From: an uncultured Pseudomonadota bacterium
GTDB taxonomy: Bacteria; JAMCPX01
Assembly: GCA_964547905.1 (NCBI GenBank)
Contig: CAZJPN010000089.1
Span: forward strand, 12,909-76,908
Length of the DNA stretch: 64,000 nucleotides
Direction of reading: 5' to 3'
The translations under genes were made by a program, and so were the position numbers. Shown here one piece after another: positions 29,840 to 39,266 of the stretch. The notes under the pieces were generated by a model. The model saw nothing but the letters and a program-made list of their open reading frames with translations. It made no database searches and was not told the origin of the DNA. Positions within the stretch are counted from its first letter, which is position 1. Every line of letters starts with the position of its first letter.

Positions 29840-29903
29840 ATAAAAACACAGGATTGTATACAAGTCAAGATATATTTTTAAATATTGTTTTCTGTTCTTC
29901 CTG

Positions 29904-30581
29904 CTATGCAACGTTTTGATTACTTACCGGTCTATGCCCCATAAAGATCAGAGGATAAACAATAGCCGTGTCAAGTATGCCGGCAACAACATCGAGGAAG
30001 TAGTGCTGCTTTACATAAAGAGTAGATAGAGAGATCAAGATCGCTATCAGTATAAAAAATATCCCGAGAGTTTTATTGTACCTGTAAAATATCAAAGCAA
30101 CAAGCAGGGAGTTTGCGACATGCAAGCTCGGAAACACATTAAATCCAGGATCCACCCTGTAGATTATGCCAACCATCTTTGTACTCAACGTATCGGGAAC
30201 AACGAATGGCCTTATCATTCTTACAGGAAACGATAAAAACACGATAAAGGCTAAAACAAACTCCATCAAATACGCGCCTGCTACCCTTCTGAAGGTATCT
30301 ATATTGTTGAGTAAAAACAAAGGAGTAAAACAGAAAGGATAATAGAGAAGGTATATCCATACCCAACCAGGCGTAAAAGGTATGGATCGATCCATAAATG
30401 TAGTAAGGCTATAAAATTTCATACCTTCCTTCCAGAGGAGGTGATTGTGCCAGTCTACATAGTAAAAACCGACTGAAAGGAAGGTTATTAGGAATAGAGC
30501 AATTATAAGCTTTTCATGCCTAAGGTAAATATCTATTATACTCGATGCTATTCCTTCTTCTGCATGATTCCTAATATTCAT
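29904..30581 (-). CDS. PAP2-superfamily membrane phosphatase-like protein
   Basis: Multi-TM with PAP2 motifs PSLHVANS and KQHYFLDVVAGI. Confidence 0.65.
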   Translation of the reverse strand: MNIRNHAEEGIASSIIDIYLRHEKLIIALFLITFLSVGFYYVDWHNHLLWKEGMKFYSLTTFMDRSIPFTPGWVWIYLLYYPFCFTPLFLLNNIDTFRRVAGAYLMEFVLAFIVFLSFPVRMIRPFVVPDTLSTKMVGIIYRVDPGFNVFPSLHVANSLLVALIFYRYNKTLGIFFILIAILISLSTLYVKQHYFLDVVAGILDTAIVYPLIFMGHRPVSNQNVA

Positions 30582-31902
30582 AGCTTATTTCAAACCCTGT
30601 ATCATAAATATACCCCTTGCTTTCATAACCGGGATAACCTGGATTTTGAAATCCAGAGATGGTCGGTTCTACATCGACAACTTTATATGTAGTTCTGTCA
30701 CCAAGTATGATCGCCTGAAAATCCCATGTAAAATGAATATGCCCTTCATTGTACGGCATGATATAGCTCAGCCCTGTTGATACTACATTTTTGACGCTAT
30801 CAACATAATTTGTCCTTCTCATCTGTGGCGGGACAGGTGTAGGCTCGTACTCATAACCAGCCATAACGCACCATGTTTCTACGGGTTTGTATGCTATGCC
30901 AAGTTTTGGTACATATATGTCATTGAATGCTTGGCCTGCGTATGTAACTCCGGTATTGGGATCAACATATGATTCATCTTGAGGTTTAACACCATGATTA
31001 TCTATGTAGCCTGACCATCCAACCCATGTAAGATCTCCTTCCAGTTCGAGATTATCCATTGGTTTGTACATGATACCAAGAGAGACGTGTGCGGGTGTAT
31101 AAAATAAAATCTGATTGATTGTTTGCGTAAATTGACTTGCAACAGGAAGCCCTTCGGGATTCATATGAACAAATGCTGCGCCGATGATCGGAAAATCATC
31201 TGCGCTCATATATGAAAGTCCAACCTTAAAACGATTGGACGGATGGAACAGTATGCCAAGATTTGCCACATAGGTATACTTTTGGGTATTATCAACGTTC
31301 ATATACCAGTCAGATTGATTCAATGGATTAGGGAGGTAAACATCGTCATAGGTAAGCGATTTAACAAACAGTGAAACTCCGCCTCCAATGGACAGATAGG
31401 GCAGTACCTTAAAAGCAATTGTTGGGAGTATGATCTGTTCTTCTGTGTTATTTTCAAGCATTTCGAAATACAACTTGTTTGTAAAATATCCTTCGGTTTC
31501 ATCGGCATAATGCGCTATCTGCTGCTGGGTATCGCTCAAAGGCGTATACAGAGAGATTCCAATACTAATGAAATCCTCTATAAACCTATGCGTTATACCT
31601 ACAGCAATACCCTCGATATTCTTGTCATCCGTATTCTGAAGACCGGATCCGAAAGGCTTTATGTAGAGGTGATTCACAGCCACGATAAAATTGACACCTA
31701 CCGATTCCTTTGTCTGAGTAATGCCGGCAGGATTGTAATAAGTAGCTGTCCAATCATCTGCAGAGGCTGTCCTTGCATTACCCATTGCAATACCTGTTGC
31801 ATCAACGCCAAAGGTATCAAACACACTTGCGTTTGCATAAGCACCGTAACCAAGTACCATACTAACAGTAAAGAGCAACATCTTTTTTATTATAGGTTCC
31901 AT
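30571..31902 (-). CDS. fadL: Long-chain fatty acid outer-membrane transporter (FadL/OMPP1/TodX family)
   Basis: Signal peptide. Conserved N-terminal ...YYNPAGI. Beta-rich with an aromatic C-terminal residue. Confidence 0.75.
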   Translation of the reverse strand: MEPIIKKMLLFTVSMVLGYGAYANASVFDTFGVDATGIAMGNARTASADDWTATYYNPAGITQTKESVGVNFIVAVNHLYIKPFGSGLQNTDDKNIEGIAVGITHRFIEDFISIGISLYTPLSDTQQQIAHYADETEGYFTNKLYFEMLENNTEEQIILPTIAFKVLPYLSIGGGVSLFVKSLTYDDVYLPNPLNQSDWYMNVDNTQKYTYVANLGILFHPSNRFKVGLSYMSADDFPIIGAAFVHMNPEGLPVASQFTQTINQILFYTPAHVSLGIMYKPMDNLELEGDLTWVGWSGYIDNHGVKPQDESYVDPNTGVTYAGQAFNDIYVPKLGIAYKPVETWCVMAGYEYEPTPVPPQMRRTNYVDSVKNVVSTGLSYIMPYNEGHIHFTWDFQAIILGDRTTYKVVDVEPTISGFQNPGYPGYESKGYIYDTGFEISYEY

Positions 31903-32003
31903 TGGGTTTCATCCTTTCTTTATCTTTCCATTAACAACTTTTCTCCACGCAAAAACACTATGATTCTTTGAATTGTAATTCAGTTTATGAATCTAATTTT
32001 TTA

Positions 32004-32032
32004 AGATTAGACCCCCTCTAAAAAGCTGTCAA
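32004..32032 (-). promoter_or_regulatory. Candidate sigma-70 promoter for fadL (TTGACA-17-TAATCT)
   Basis: Minus-strand TTGACA (plus 32027-32032), 17-nt spacer, TAATCT. ~95 nt upstream of the fadL start. Confidence 0.3.
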
Positions 32033-32108
32033 TTCTTTTAAACAACAAAACTATCTGCTGTTATGTCATTTCTGGACGCATATATATACAATTTTTATCT
32101 TACGTTTA

Positions 32109-33755
32109 TCAACCAGCGTATTGTTTCTTTAATGCAACCTTGTTGATTTTACCTACACTCGTCTTTGCGATTGTTTCTACAATTTCAACACGATCCGGTA
32201 CCGCATAACTATGCAACTGTCCCTTTTCCACAAACTTTTTCATAAATACCTTAATATCGTTACCCGTTATTTTATCCTTATACTGAGGCTTCAATACTAC
32301 CAATGCAAGCGGCCGCTCACCCCATTTTTGATCCGAAACTCCGATCACCGCCGCTTCAGAGACAGCTTCGTGTTGACTGATAAGGCTCTCTAACATCAAG
32401 GAAGAAACCCATTCACCGCCACTCTTAATGACATCCTTTATACGATCGGTAATGAGAACATAACCTTCTTCGTCTATATTTGCGACATCTCCGGAGTGTA
32501 ACCAGCCCTTTCGCCAGAGCTCTTTAGTCTTTTCGGGTTCTTTATAGTACGACTCGGTAAGCCATGGAGTACGGATAACAAGCTCTCCGTTGGTCTTTCC
32601 ATCATGGGGAAGAAAATTATCATTACCATCGACAATCTCTACTTCACTGAGAGGGAAAGGCACGCCAGTTTTTACAAGATAGTCAAGTTTCTTTTCCATG
32701 TCCCAGCCCGTCATATATTCCTTAAGCAGAGCAAATGTTACGGCAGGACAGGTTTCTGACATACCATAAGCAGCCCATACCTTAATTCCAAGATCGAATG
32801 ATGTCTTGGCTAATCCCCTTGGCAAAGCAGAGCCGCCGATATCCAACTGCCAGTGAGAAAGATCCACTGTTTTAGCCATGGGATGGCCTATCACCATTAA
32901 AAGTATTGCCGGAACGCAATGACTGAATGTAACTTTTTCATTCTGAATAAGCTTAAGAATGGCTTCGGGTTCATAACGTCCTGGATATACCTGTTTCGTC
33001 CCCAAAAGGGTAGCTAAATAAGGAACTCCCCATGCATGTACATGAAACATAGGGGTTAAAGGCATATAAACATCGTTCGACTTGAACTTTCCAATGCCCG
33101 ACTCATAAAGACCTGCCATACCTATACCAAGTGTATGTAACACCAACTGTCTATGCGAGAAATAAACACCTTTCGGCATACCGGTGGTACCCGTAGTATA
33201 AAAAATAGTAGCCCTTGTATTTTCATCCAGATCTGGAAAATCGTAAGACGGCTGTGCATTTTTAAGCATTTCCTCATACTCGATAGTTATAGGTATTTTA
33301 GTTTCCGGTGTCTTTTGCTCATCTTTGAGAAGGATAACCTTTTTGACAGTTGTCAATTTGCCCCAGATAGATTCCAAAAGAGGGAGGAAATCAGTATGCA
33401 CAAGTACTACATCATCTTCAGCGTGATTCATTATATAAAGAATGGTTTCCGGTGATAATCGCCAGTTCATTGTATGTAGAACAGCTCCCATCATCGGCAC
33501 GGCAAAATAAGATTCTAAATAGCGATTACTGTCATAATCAAATACGCATACCGTATTCCCGGGCTTTACACCCAATTTCTCCAGACCATTGGCCAATTTG
33601 TTAATGCGCTCATAGAGGGTTTTATAAGTAAGTCGAACTTTATCCCGATAAACAATTTCTTTGTTGGGAGAATAAACGAGCGGTGTGTTCAGAATTTTTT
33701 TGATAATCAACGGATACTTATAATTTTCACCTGCCTGATAAATTTTTTGCGACAT
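32109..33755 (-). CDS. fadD: Long-chain fatty-acid--CoA ligase (AMP-dependent synthetase)
   Basis: AMP-binding motif YTTGTTGMPKGV and the C-terminal conserved Lys region. Confidence 0.85.
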   Translation of the reverse strand: MSQKIYQAGENYKYPLIIKKILNTPLVYSPNKEIVYRDKVRLTYKTLYERINKLANGLEKLGVKPGNTVCVFDYDSNRYLESYFAVPMMGAVLHTMNWRLSPETILYIMNHAEDDVVLVHTDFLPLLESIWGKLTTVKKVILLKDEQKTPETKIPITIEYEEMLKNAQPSYDFPDLDENTRATIFYTTGTTGMPKGVYFSHRQLVLHTLGIGMAGLYESGIGKFKSNDVYMPLTPMFHVHAWGVPYLATLLGTKQVYPGRYEPEAILKLIQNEKVTFSHCVPAILLMVIGHPMAKTVDLSHWQLDIGGSALPRGLAKTSFDLGIKVWAAYGMSETCPAVTFALLKEYMTGWDMEKKLDYLVKTGVPFPLSEVEIVDGNDNFLPHDGKTNGELVIRTPWLTESYYKEPEKTKELWRKGWLHSGDVANIDEEGYVLITDRIKDVIKSGGEWVSSLMLESLISQHEAVSEAAVIGVSDQKWGERPLALVVLKPQYKDKITGNDIKVFMKKFVEKGQLHSYAVPDRVEIVETIAKTSVGKINKVALKKQYAG

Positions 33756-33865
33756 AATTAACCTCCTAATTCTTTTAATTTAAAATCTTAGCAAACATTC
33801 GAGAGTTATCTAACCCTTATTAACGTTTTATCAATCTTATCTGTGTTTATTTTGATCATAAACGT

Positions 33866-34741
33866 CTATTTTTTAACATTATAATCATAAAAACCCTTGC
33901 CAGTTTTGCGACCCCATTCCTTTTTGATAAATTTTTCTACAATGATTGGTGAAGGCTTTTGGGCAGGGTCCCCTGTTTCCTGATAACGTTCCATATTGAT
34001 ATAGTAAGACAGGTCTATACCGGTAAGATCCAATAGTTTAAAAGGCCCTATAGTATGACCCAACCCCAGTGTTACGGCAGTATCGATATCCTCAAAAGAG
34101 GCGATGTCCATATCGTAAAGGAAAAGGGCCTCATTAATAATAGCGGACAGAACACGATTGACCAAAAAGCCGTATATTTCCTTTTTTAATATAACAGGAG
34201 TCTTTTCTAGACTTTTTGTAAGCGCAACAACCGTATTGAATGTTTCTTCTGAAACATGCGGGCCCTTGATTACCTCTACAAGTTTCATAACCATTACAGG
34301 ATTGAAAAAATGCATGTTACATACCTTATCCGGTCGGGTTGTAGCATCGGCAATTTTGGAACTAACAATGAATGAACTGTTTGTTGCAAGGATGGTGCGT
34401 TTTGGGCAAATCCTATCTAACTCGGCAAACAACTGCCGTTTTAAAGCAAGCTTCTCTATAATGGCCTCAATCACAAAATCGGCATCAACTGCTGCCTCTT
34501 TAAGATTGGGTGTAAAAGAAAGATTGGCTTTGGCTTGCCGTGTCACTTCCTCGGTTAACTTTCCTTTGGCAACGCGATCAGGCAAGTACGAATCGATAAA
34601 TTCTTTTGCTTTTTTGATGGCGTCCACACTAACATCGGTACATGCCACTCTATAGCCGTTTAAAGCAGCACACAAAGCGATCTCGTGTCCCATGGTTCCA
34701 GCACCCACAACACAAATTTTTTTGATACCAGAAACAGTCAT
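33866..34741 (-). CDS. hbd: 3-hydroxybutyryl-CoA dehydrogenase
   Basis: 291 aa. VVGAGTMGHEIA Rossmann motif with 3HCDH N and C domains. Confidence 0.85.
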   Translation of the reverse strand: MTVSGIKKICVVGAGTMGHEIALCAALNGYRVACTDVSVDAIKKAKEFIDSYLPDRVAKGKLTEEVTRQAKANLSFTPNLKEAAVDADFVIEAIIEKLALKRQLFAELDRICPKRTILATNSSFIVSSKIADATTRPDKVCNMHFFNPVMVMKLVEVIKGPHVSEETFNTVVALTKSLEKTPVILKKEIYGFLVNRVLSAIINEALFLYDMDIASFEDIDTAVTLGLGHTIGPFKLLDLTGIDLSYYINMERYQETGDPAQKPSPIIVEKFIKKEWGRKTGKGFYDYNVKK

Positions 34742-35030
34742 AATAACATCCCCTTTCCATCTTTTTAATAAACCACGTAAGTTTATTAAGCATCCAGCAG
34801 TCGAATTAAAACCTCCATGTATCAGAGAACTATTATAAGAGAACCATCCGTGCTACCTGTTAAATATTAATCCTGCCGCTTCGGTGTTTGCTATGAAAGG
34901 AATTATCCTAAAACACAAGTTTTAATGTAGAGAACTTTATTGTTTTTGAAACAGGATGTCAAGTAAGTTTAATGTGGTGATGTCTCAAATAAGTTTTTAT
35001 GTCAATCTAAAATCAATCGATTATTGACAT

Positions 35031-36095
35031 CTAATCGCCCTTTTCAAGCTTATCAAGTATAGAATCTATTTCATCAAGTTCTTTTTGTTTTTTCGGCTTT
35101 GCTTTCATTTCTACGGACTCCTGAGTGACAGGATTCGGCTTGGCAGCAGGAGAAGGCGATACCGATATTTTTTGTTTCGGCTGGACAATCTCCTGGACCA
35201 CTGGCTGCTGAGCAGATTCCACGATCAGTTCTTCATCTTTTGTATCCGCCGCTTCGACTGATTCCTTTTTCTCTGTTTGTTCACTCGTTATACCGAGATC
35301 CGACACCACACTGTCTATAATTCTACTGTCAATAACCTTGGCCTTGACGAGAAAACCTTCAAACAGCGCATTCGAAGAAATAATATTTATCATCCTTGGT
35401 ATGCCGTTCGAATAATAATGAATCTTTTCGATAGCGTCAGGCGTAAATATCTCTTCTTTATTGCCTGCAAGTCCCAATCTATGTTTTACATAAGCTTCTG
35501 TGGATTCATAATTAAAAGATTCGAGCCTGTATTTCAATGCTACTCGCTGTGCAAGCGGACTATCGAGCAACAGATTCTCCTCTATCTCCGGCATACCAAA
35601 AAATACGAATGTAATCAGTTTTCTGTCGGGCGCTTCAAGATTTAGCAGCCCCCTGAACTCCTCCATCATTTCTTTTGTTTTCAACATCTGAGCTTCGTCT
35701 ATCAAAACAACAGCCTTTTTGTGCTGTTCGTATAATTCATTCAATCTTTCGTATAATTGAGACAGCAGTGTAATTTTATTATCCGAAGGCTCGGCAACGC
35801 CGAGTTGCATTGCTATTTTTTTAAGCAGCCAGTCGGCGGTTATCCCTGAATGAATAATAACAAGCAATGCAGACTCATACTCTTCTTCTGGCAGACTATC
35901 AAGCATACGTCGAGCAAGGGTGGTCTTCCCTGTGCCTATGTCCCCTATAAGCAGGGCAAGCCCTTTCATCGAATCAACAGCATACATCAACCTTACAAGC
36001 GCCTTTGAATGTTGAGCACTATTATAATAAAACTTTATGTCAGGCGCACTTGAAAATGGCTCTTCATTTAACTTATAAAAATCCAGATAATTCAT
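35031..36095 (-). CDS. ExeA/GspA/MshM-like AAA ATPase with a low-complexity C-terminal tail
   Basis: N-terminus MNYLDFYKLNEEPFSSAPD...GDIGTGKTTL matches the ExeA/MshM (AAA_22) family. No TM or peptidoglycan-binding domain. Acidic/Pro-Lys tail. Confidence 0.75.
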   Translation of the reverse strand: MNYLDFYKLNEEPFSSAPDIKFYYNSAQHSKALVRLMYAVDSMKGLALLIGDIGTGKTTLARRMLDSLPEEEYESALLVIIHSGITADWLLKKIAMQLGVAEPSDNKITLLSQLYERLNELYEQHKKAVVLIDEAQMLKTKEMMEEFRGLLNLEAPDRKLITFVFFGMPEIEENLLLDSPLAQRVALKYRLESFNYESTEAYVKHRLGLAGNKEEIFTPDAIEKIHYYSNGIPRMINIISSNALFEGFLVKAKVIDSRIIDSVVSDLGITSEQTEKKESVEAADTKDEELIVESAQQPVVQEIVQPKQKISVSPSPAAKPNPVTQESVEMKAKPKKQKELDEIDSILDKLEKGD

Positions 36096-36106
36096 TGCGC
36101 TCCTTT

Positions 36107-39100
36107 TTAAATATATGAGACCTTTTTCTTAGTCTGTTTCACCCTGTTTTGGCCTATATCTGCATCTTCCTTCACCTGATTCTGTTCATTTAAATTATTT
36201 ATTTTACCTTGCTCTGTTTGAATTATAATATCTGTTTTTTGTTTTTCGATCGATTTTGAATCATGCTCTTCGGGTATATCTTCTTTTAACAAGCTGTCCA
36301 GGGTAAGTTTCTCTGGCTTTCCCTCTTGCTCCAATCCATCCCTCACAAACTCCTCGAGTTTATCAAGTTTATCCTTTACATCTCTGAATTTTCCATCTAT
36401 CTTTCCAACTTCATCAAAATAATTGTAAGCTTTCTTCATATCTCCGTAAGCTTCAAAAGCTATAGCAAATTCGTACAATAAACCAATATTCTCTGCTTTT
36501 ATGCCTTCCTTAGCCTCCAATGCCTGTTTATACATCTCTATTGCCTTACCCGGTAATCCTTTCCCCATATAACTCATTCCAAGCATTATAAGCCCATCTG
36601 CTTTTCTATCAGGTGAGAGTATTGCTATATTAAATTCATTTATAGCCTCATCTATCAAACCCATTTCCTTGTAAGCTATCCCGAGATTATAGTGCGTTTC
36701 CGCATCCTGTTTATCAACGCTCTTCTCAACCCCTTTTTTGAAAGCTTCGAGTACCTCTTCGACACTAACCTGCTGCTCCTCTTCGGGAGGCTGCTGTACT
36801 TGGGATACGCCGATTGTTCCTGACAGTTCTTTTTCAAGCTCCTGCGCAAGATCAAAAAGGTCTTCATCTGCAGATACCGCAATTACATGCCCAACCTCTT
36901 TCTGAATAAAAGGTTCATCCAAATCAGGAATTTTTGACTCGATATGCGGATTTAATTTTTCCTCTTTTGCGAGTATATCGGCAAGTTTTTTTCTGGCTCT
37001 CTCATCATTTGGTGCGATGTTTAAAATCCTCCGTAGGATACCCTTTGCCTCGGATAAAATACCTTGCTGACAATAGAATTCTGCTTCATCTAAAGAATCG
37101 ATTATATCTATACCTTCCCCTTGCTGTCCGATCTTAACATGCGTATCAGATTCAGACTTTTCTGCCGGTTTGGAATATGTTTCCTTATCGACACGTGCAA
37201 GTTCTTCTTCGGAAAAATTGAAACCTATATCTTCTTCTTGTTTTTGTTTTGCAGTTACATCGGCAACATCTTTTTTTGCCTCTTCAAACTCAGGTTCTAA
37301 ATTTATCTGCTCAGGAATTGGGATTTCTTCTCTTGGCTCTTCTTGAAGAGGCTCATTGACCGATTTTTCTTCATCCGCATGTTGTTCCGATGATATTGTT
37401 TCGTACTCTTCGCCTATCTTTTTGTCTTGAGAAGCAGGAGACTCAACCTCAATCTCTATACCCGTATCAATCTCATTAGGAGTCCCGTGTGCCTCGGAAG
37501 ACATTTTTTCCATTTGTTCCTGCATTGTTTCTACATGTACATCCTCAACCAACGGCGTTTCTTCAAAAATGATTTTTTCTTCTCTTGACGTCCCGGGAGC
37601 TCGCTGTGCTGGTCGTTCTTTCTTAGTTACCAGAGGTTGCTCTTCCACAACATGTTCTGAAACATTTTCTTTTATTTCAGGAGTATAACCTATATGTGCT
37701 TTAAGTATCTCGTTGTCAGGATCATTGGCTATTGCCTGTTTAATGAAATCTTCAGCCTTTTCTATTTCACCTTGGGCCGTTAAGGCATTATAAAGGCTTT
37801 CAGCCAAACTTGAAGCTTCTTTATATTTTTTCCAAAGTTCATAAAGTTCAAACAGCTCTGTGAGTGCCCTAATGTGGGAAGGATTTACTTCAAGTATTTG
37901 ATTAAGCTTCTCCACAGCCTTGGTATTCAATCCGTATCTTTTGTAAACCTGTGCTTCTGAAAAATATTTTTCTATTTCTTCCTGCGTTAATTTTTCTTTT
38001 TTGTTAATATCGGGTTGGACTATGACTTTCTGCGAAGGCCTCTGGACAATTTCCTTCACAGGCTCCTGTTTGGGTATCTTTGCCTGTGGTTTTTCCACCT
38101 GTTTTTCTGTAATTATTTTCTGCTGCTTCTCAGTTTTTACCTCCTGCTTTCGATCTGTGGTTGTCTCTAAAGGTTCCGGCACAATCTCCTGCATAGGCCG
38201 GAACTCTGCCTTTGTACCTACAACTACTTGTAGTGCTTGTTGATCGGTCGGATCAAGCTCCAGGATCTTTTTATAGATATCCTGCATCTGCGAATCCAAA
38301 CCTTCCTTAGAGTATAACTTTGCGACTTCCTTGTATGCAGATATTGCAAGAGGAATCTTATCCAGAGCCACATAGGTCTTTGCAAGGGCTATAAGAACAT
38401 CCGTATCGGACTTACCTAAAGCTATAATCTCCTTAACCTTTAAAAGTACCTTTTGATAATCGCCCCTTGAAGTGTATAATTTTATGAGTTGCTTTAATAT
38501 GCTCATATCCCCAGATTTAATTGAGAGCATCCTCTCATAGACTGTAATGATATCTATAGTTCTTTTTGCCTCGATAAGTTTTTCCGCAATTTTAGAAAGC
38601 TCGGTATATGCCTGATCTTTTAGACCGTTCTTAATATAAAGTTCGGCAAGTTTCATCCTTCCGGGCAGATTTGACGGTTCCAGTTCTGTGATAGTTTGAA
38701 GTATGTTTAATGCATCCTGAGTCCGACCTTCCCTTTCATAGATGGCTATAGCAACTTTATAGTTAGAAACGGCTTCTGCTATAAGGTTTTTCCTTCTGAA
38801 GAGTTCTGCAAGCCTGAGATAAGCCTGCGAAGAAACAGGATTAATCGTCAAAAGCTGTCTATAAACAGCGATAGCCTTATCATAAAACCCGCTGTCTCTG
38901 AATATATTGGATGCAATCTCGTAATAGTTAGTAGCTTCTTCTTTCTTATCAAGCTTCAAAAAAAGTTCCGCTATCTTAAGTGCGGCCTGATTATTTTTGG
39001 GTTCTAATTCAAGGACTTTTTGCAAATCTTTTATAGCCTTATCAAACTGATTCTTAGCTATAAATTTATTTGCGCTTTCTATTAATTTATTTTTATCCAC

Positions 39101-39145
39101 TCCAGCCAATGCGTCTCCTTCTTTGAGGGACTCTACCTTCTTCAT
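36107..39145 (-). CDS. TPR-repeat protein (1012 aa) with long acidic/lysine-rich low-complexity linkers (MshN/FimV-like organisation)
   Basis: TPR blocks at the N-terminus, centre and C-terminus, separated by KQE/PE-rich low-complexity stretches. GAGGGG RBS. Sits 11 nt upstream of the ExeA-like gene. Confidence 0.75.
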   Translation of the reverse strand: MKKVESLKEGDALAGVDKNKLIESANKFIAKNQFDKAIKDLQKVLELEPKNNQAALKIAELFLKLDKKEEATNYYEIASNIFRDSGFYDKAIAVYRQLLTINPVSSQAYLRLAELFRRKNLIAEAVSNYKVAIAIYEREGRTQDALNILQTITELEPSNLPGRMKLAELYIKNGLKDQAYTELSKIAEKLIEAKRTIDIITVYERMLSIKSGDMSILKQLIKLYTSRGDYQKVLLKVKEIIALGKSDTDVLIALAKTYVALDKIPLAISAYKEVAKLYSKEGLDSQMQDIYKKILELDPTDQQALQVVVGTKAEFRPMQEIVPEPLETTTDRKQEVKTEKQQKIITEKQVEKPQAKIPKQEPVKEIVQRPSQKVIVQPDINKKEKLTQEEIEKYFSEAQVYKRYGLNTKAVEKLNQILEVNPSHIRALTELFELYELWKKYKEASSLAESLYNALTAQGEIEKAEDFIKQAIANDPDNEILKAHIGYTPEIKENVSEHVVEEQPLVTKKERPAQRAPGTSREEKIIFEETPLVEDVHVETMQEQMEKMSSEAHGTPNEIDTGIEIEVESPASQDKKIGEEYETISSEQHADEEKSVNEPLQEEPREEIPIPEQINLEPEFEEAKKDVADVTAKQKQEEDIGFNFSEEELARVDKETYSKPAEKSESDTHVKIGQQGEGIDIIDSLDEAEFYCQQGILSEAKGILRRILNIAPNDERARKKLADILAKEEKLNPHIESKIPDLDEPFIQKEVGHVIAVSADEDLFDLAQELEKELSGTIGVSQVQQPPEEEQQVSVEEVLEAFKKGVEKSVDKQDAETHYNLGIAYKEMGLIDEAINEFNIAILSPDRKADGLIMLGMSYMGKGLPGKAIEMYKQALEAKEGIKAENIGLLYEFAIAFEAYGDMKKAYNYFDEVGKIDGKFRDVKDKLDKLEEFVRDGLEQEGKPEKLTLDSLLKEDIPEEHDSKSIEKQKTDIIIQTEQGKINNLNEQNQVKEDADIGQNRVKQTKKKVSYI

Positions 39146-39208
39146 AATTAGCCCCTCAATGAAAATTTGTCAAGTATGAGACCGTGAGATCCTGTTCGTG
39201 GTAACAAA

Positions 39209-39241
39209 CAAAAAAGGGCGTACAACGTACGCCCTTTTTTA
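39209..39241. terminator. Bidirectional intrinsic terminator downstream of aspC
   Basis: AAAAAA-GGGCGTAC-AAC-GTACGCCC-TTTTTT. Perfect 8-bp GC-rich stem with A and T tracts on either side. Confidence 0.75.
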
Positions 39242-39266
39242 CCGACTTAAGCATTTAAAAATGATC

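Noticed and set aside
36107-39145. Possible CRISPR-like or tandem DNA repeats in the lysine/glutamate-rich regions of the TPR genes
   Set aside because: Periodicity exists only at the amino-acid level (K/E/Q/P-rich). There are no exact direct nucleotide repeats with unique spacers.
39146-39180. TTGACA-17-TAATTA apparent promoter whose -10 overlaps the ATG of the 1012-aa TPR gene, which would suggest a leaderless mRNA
   Set aside because: A good GAGGGG Shine-Dalgarno sits 7 nt upstream of the ATG, which implies a conventional leader. The TTGACA match is most likely coincidental in AT-rich DNA.
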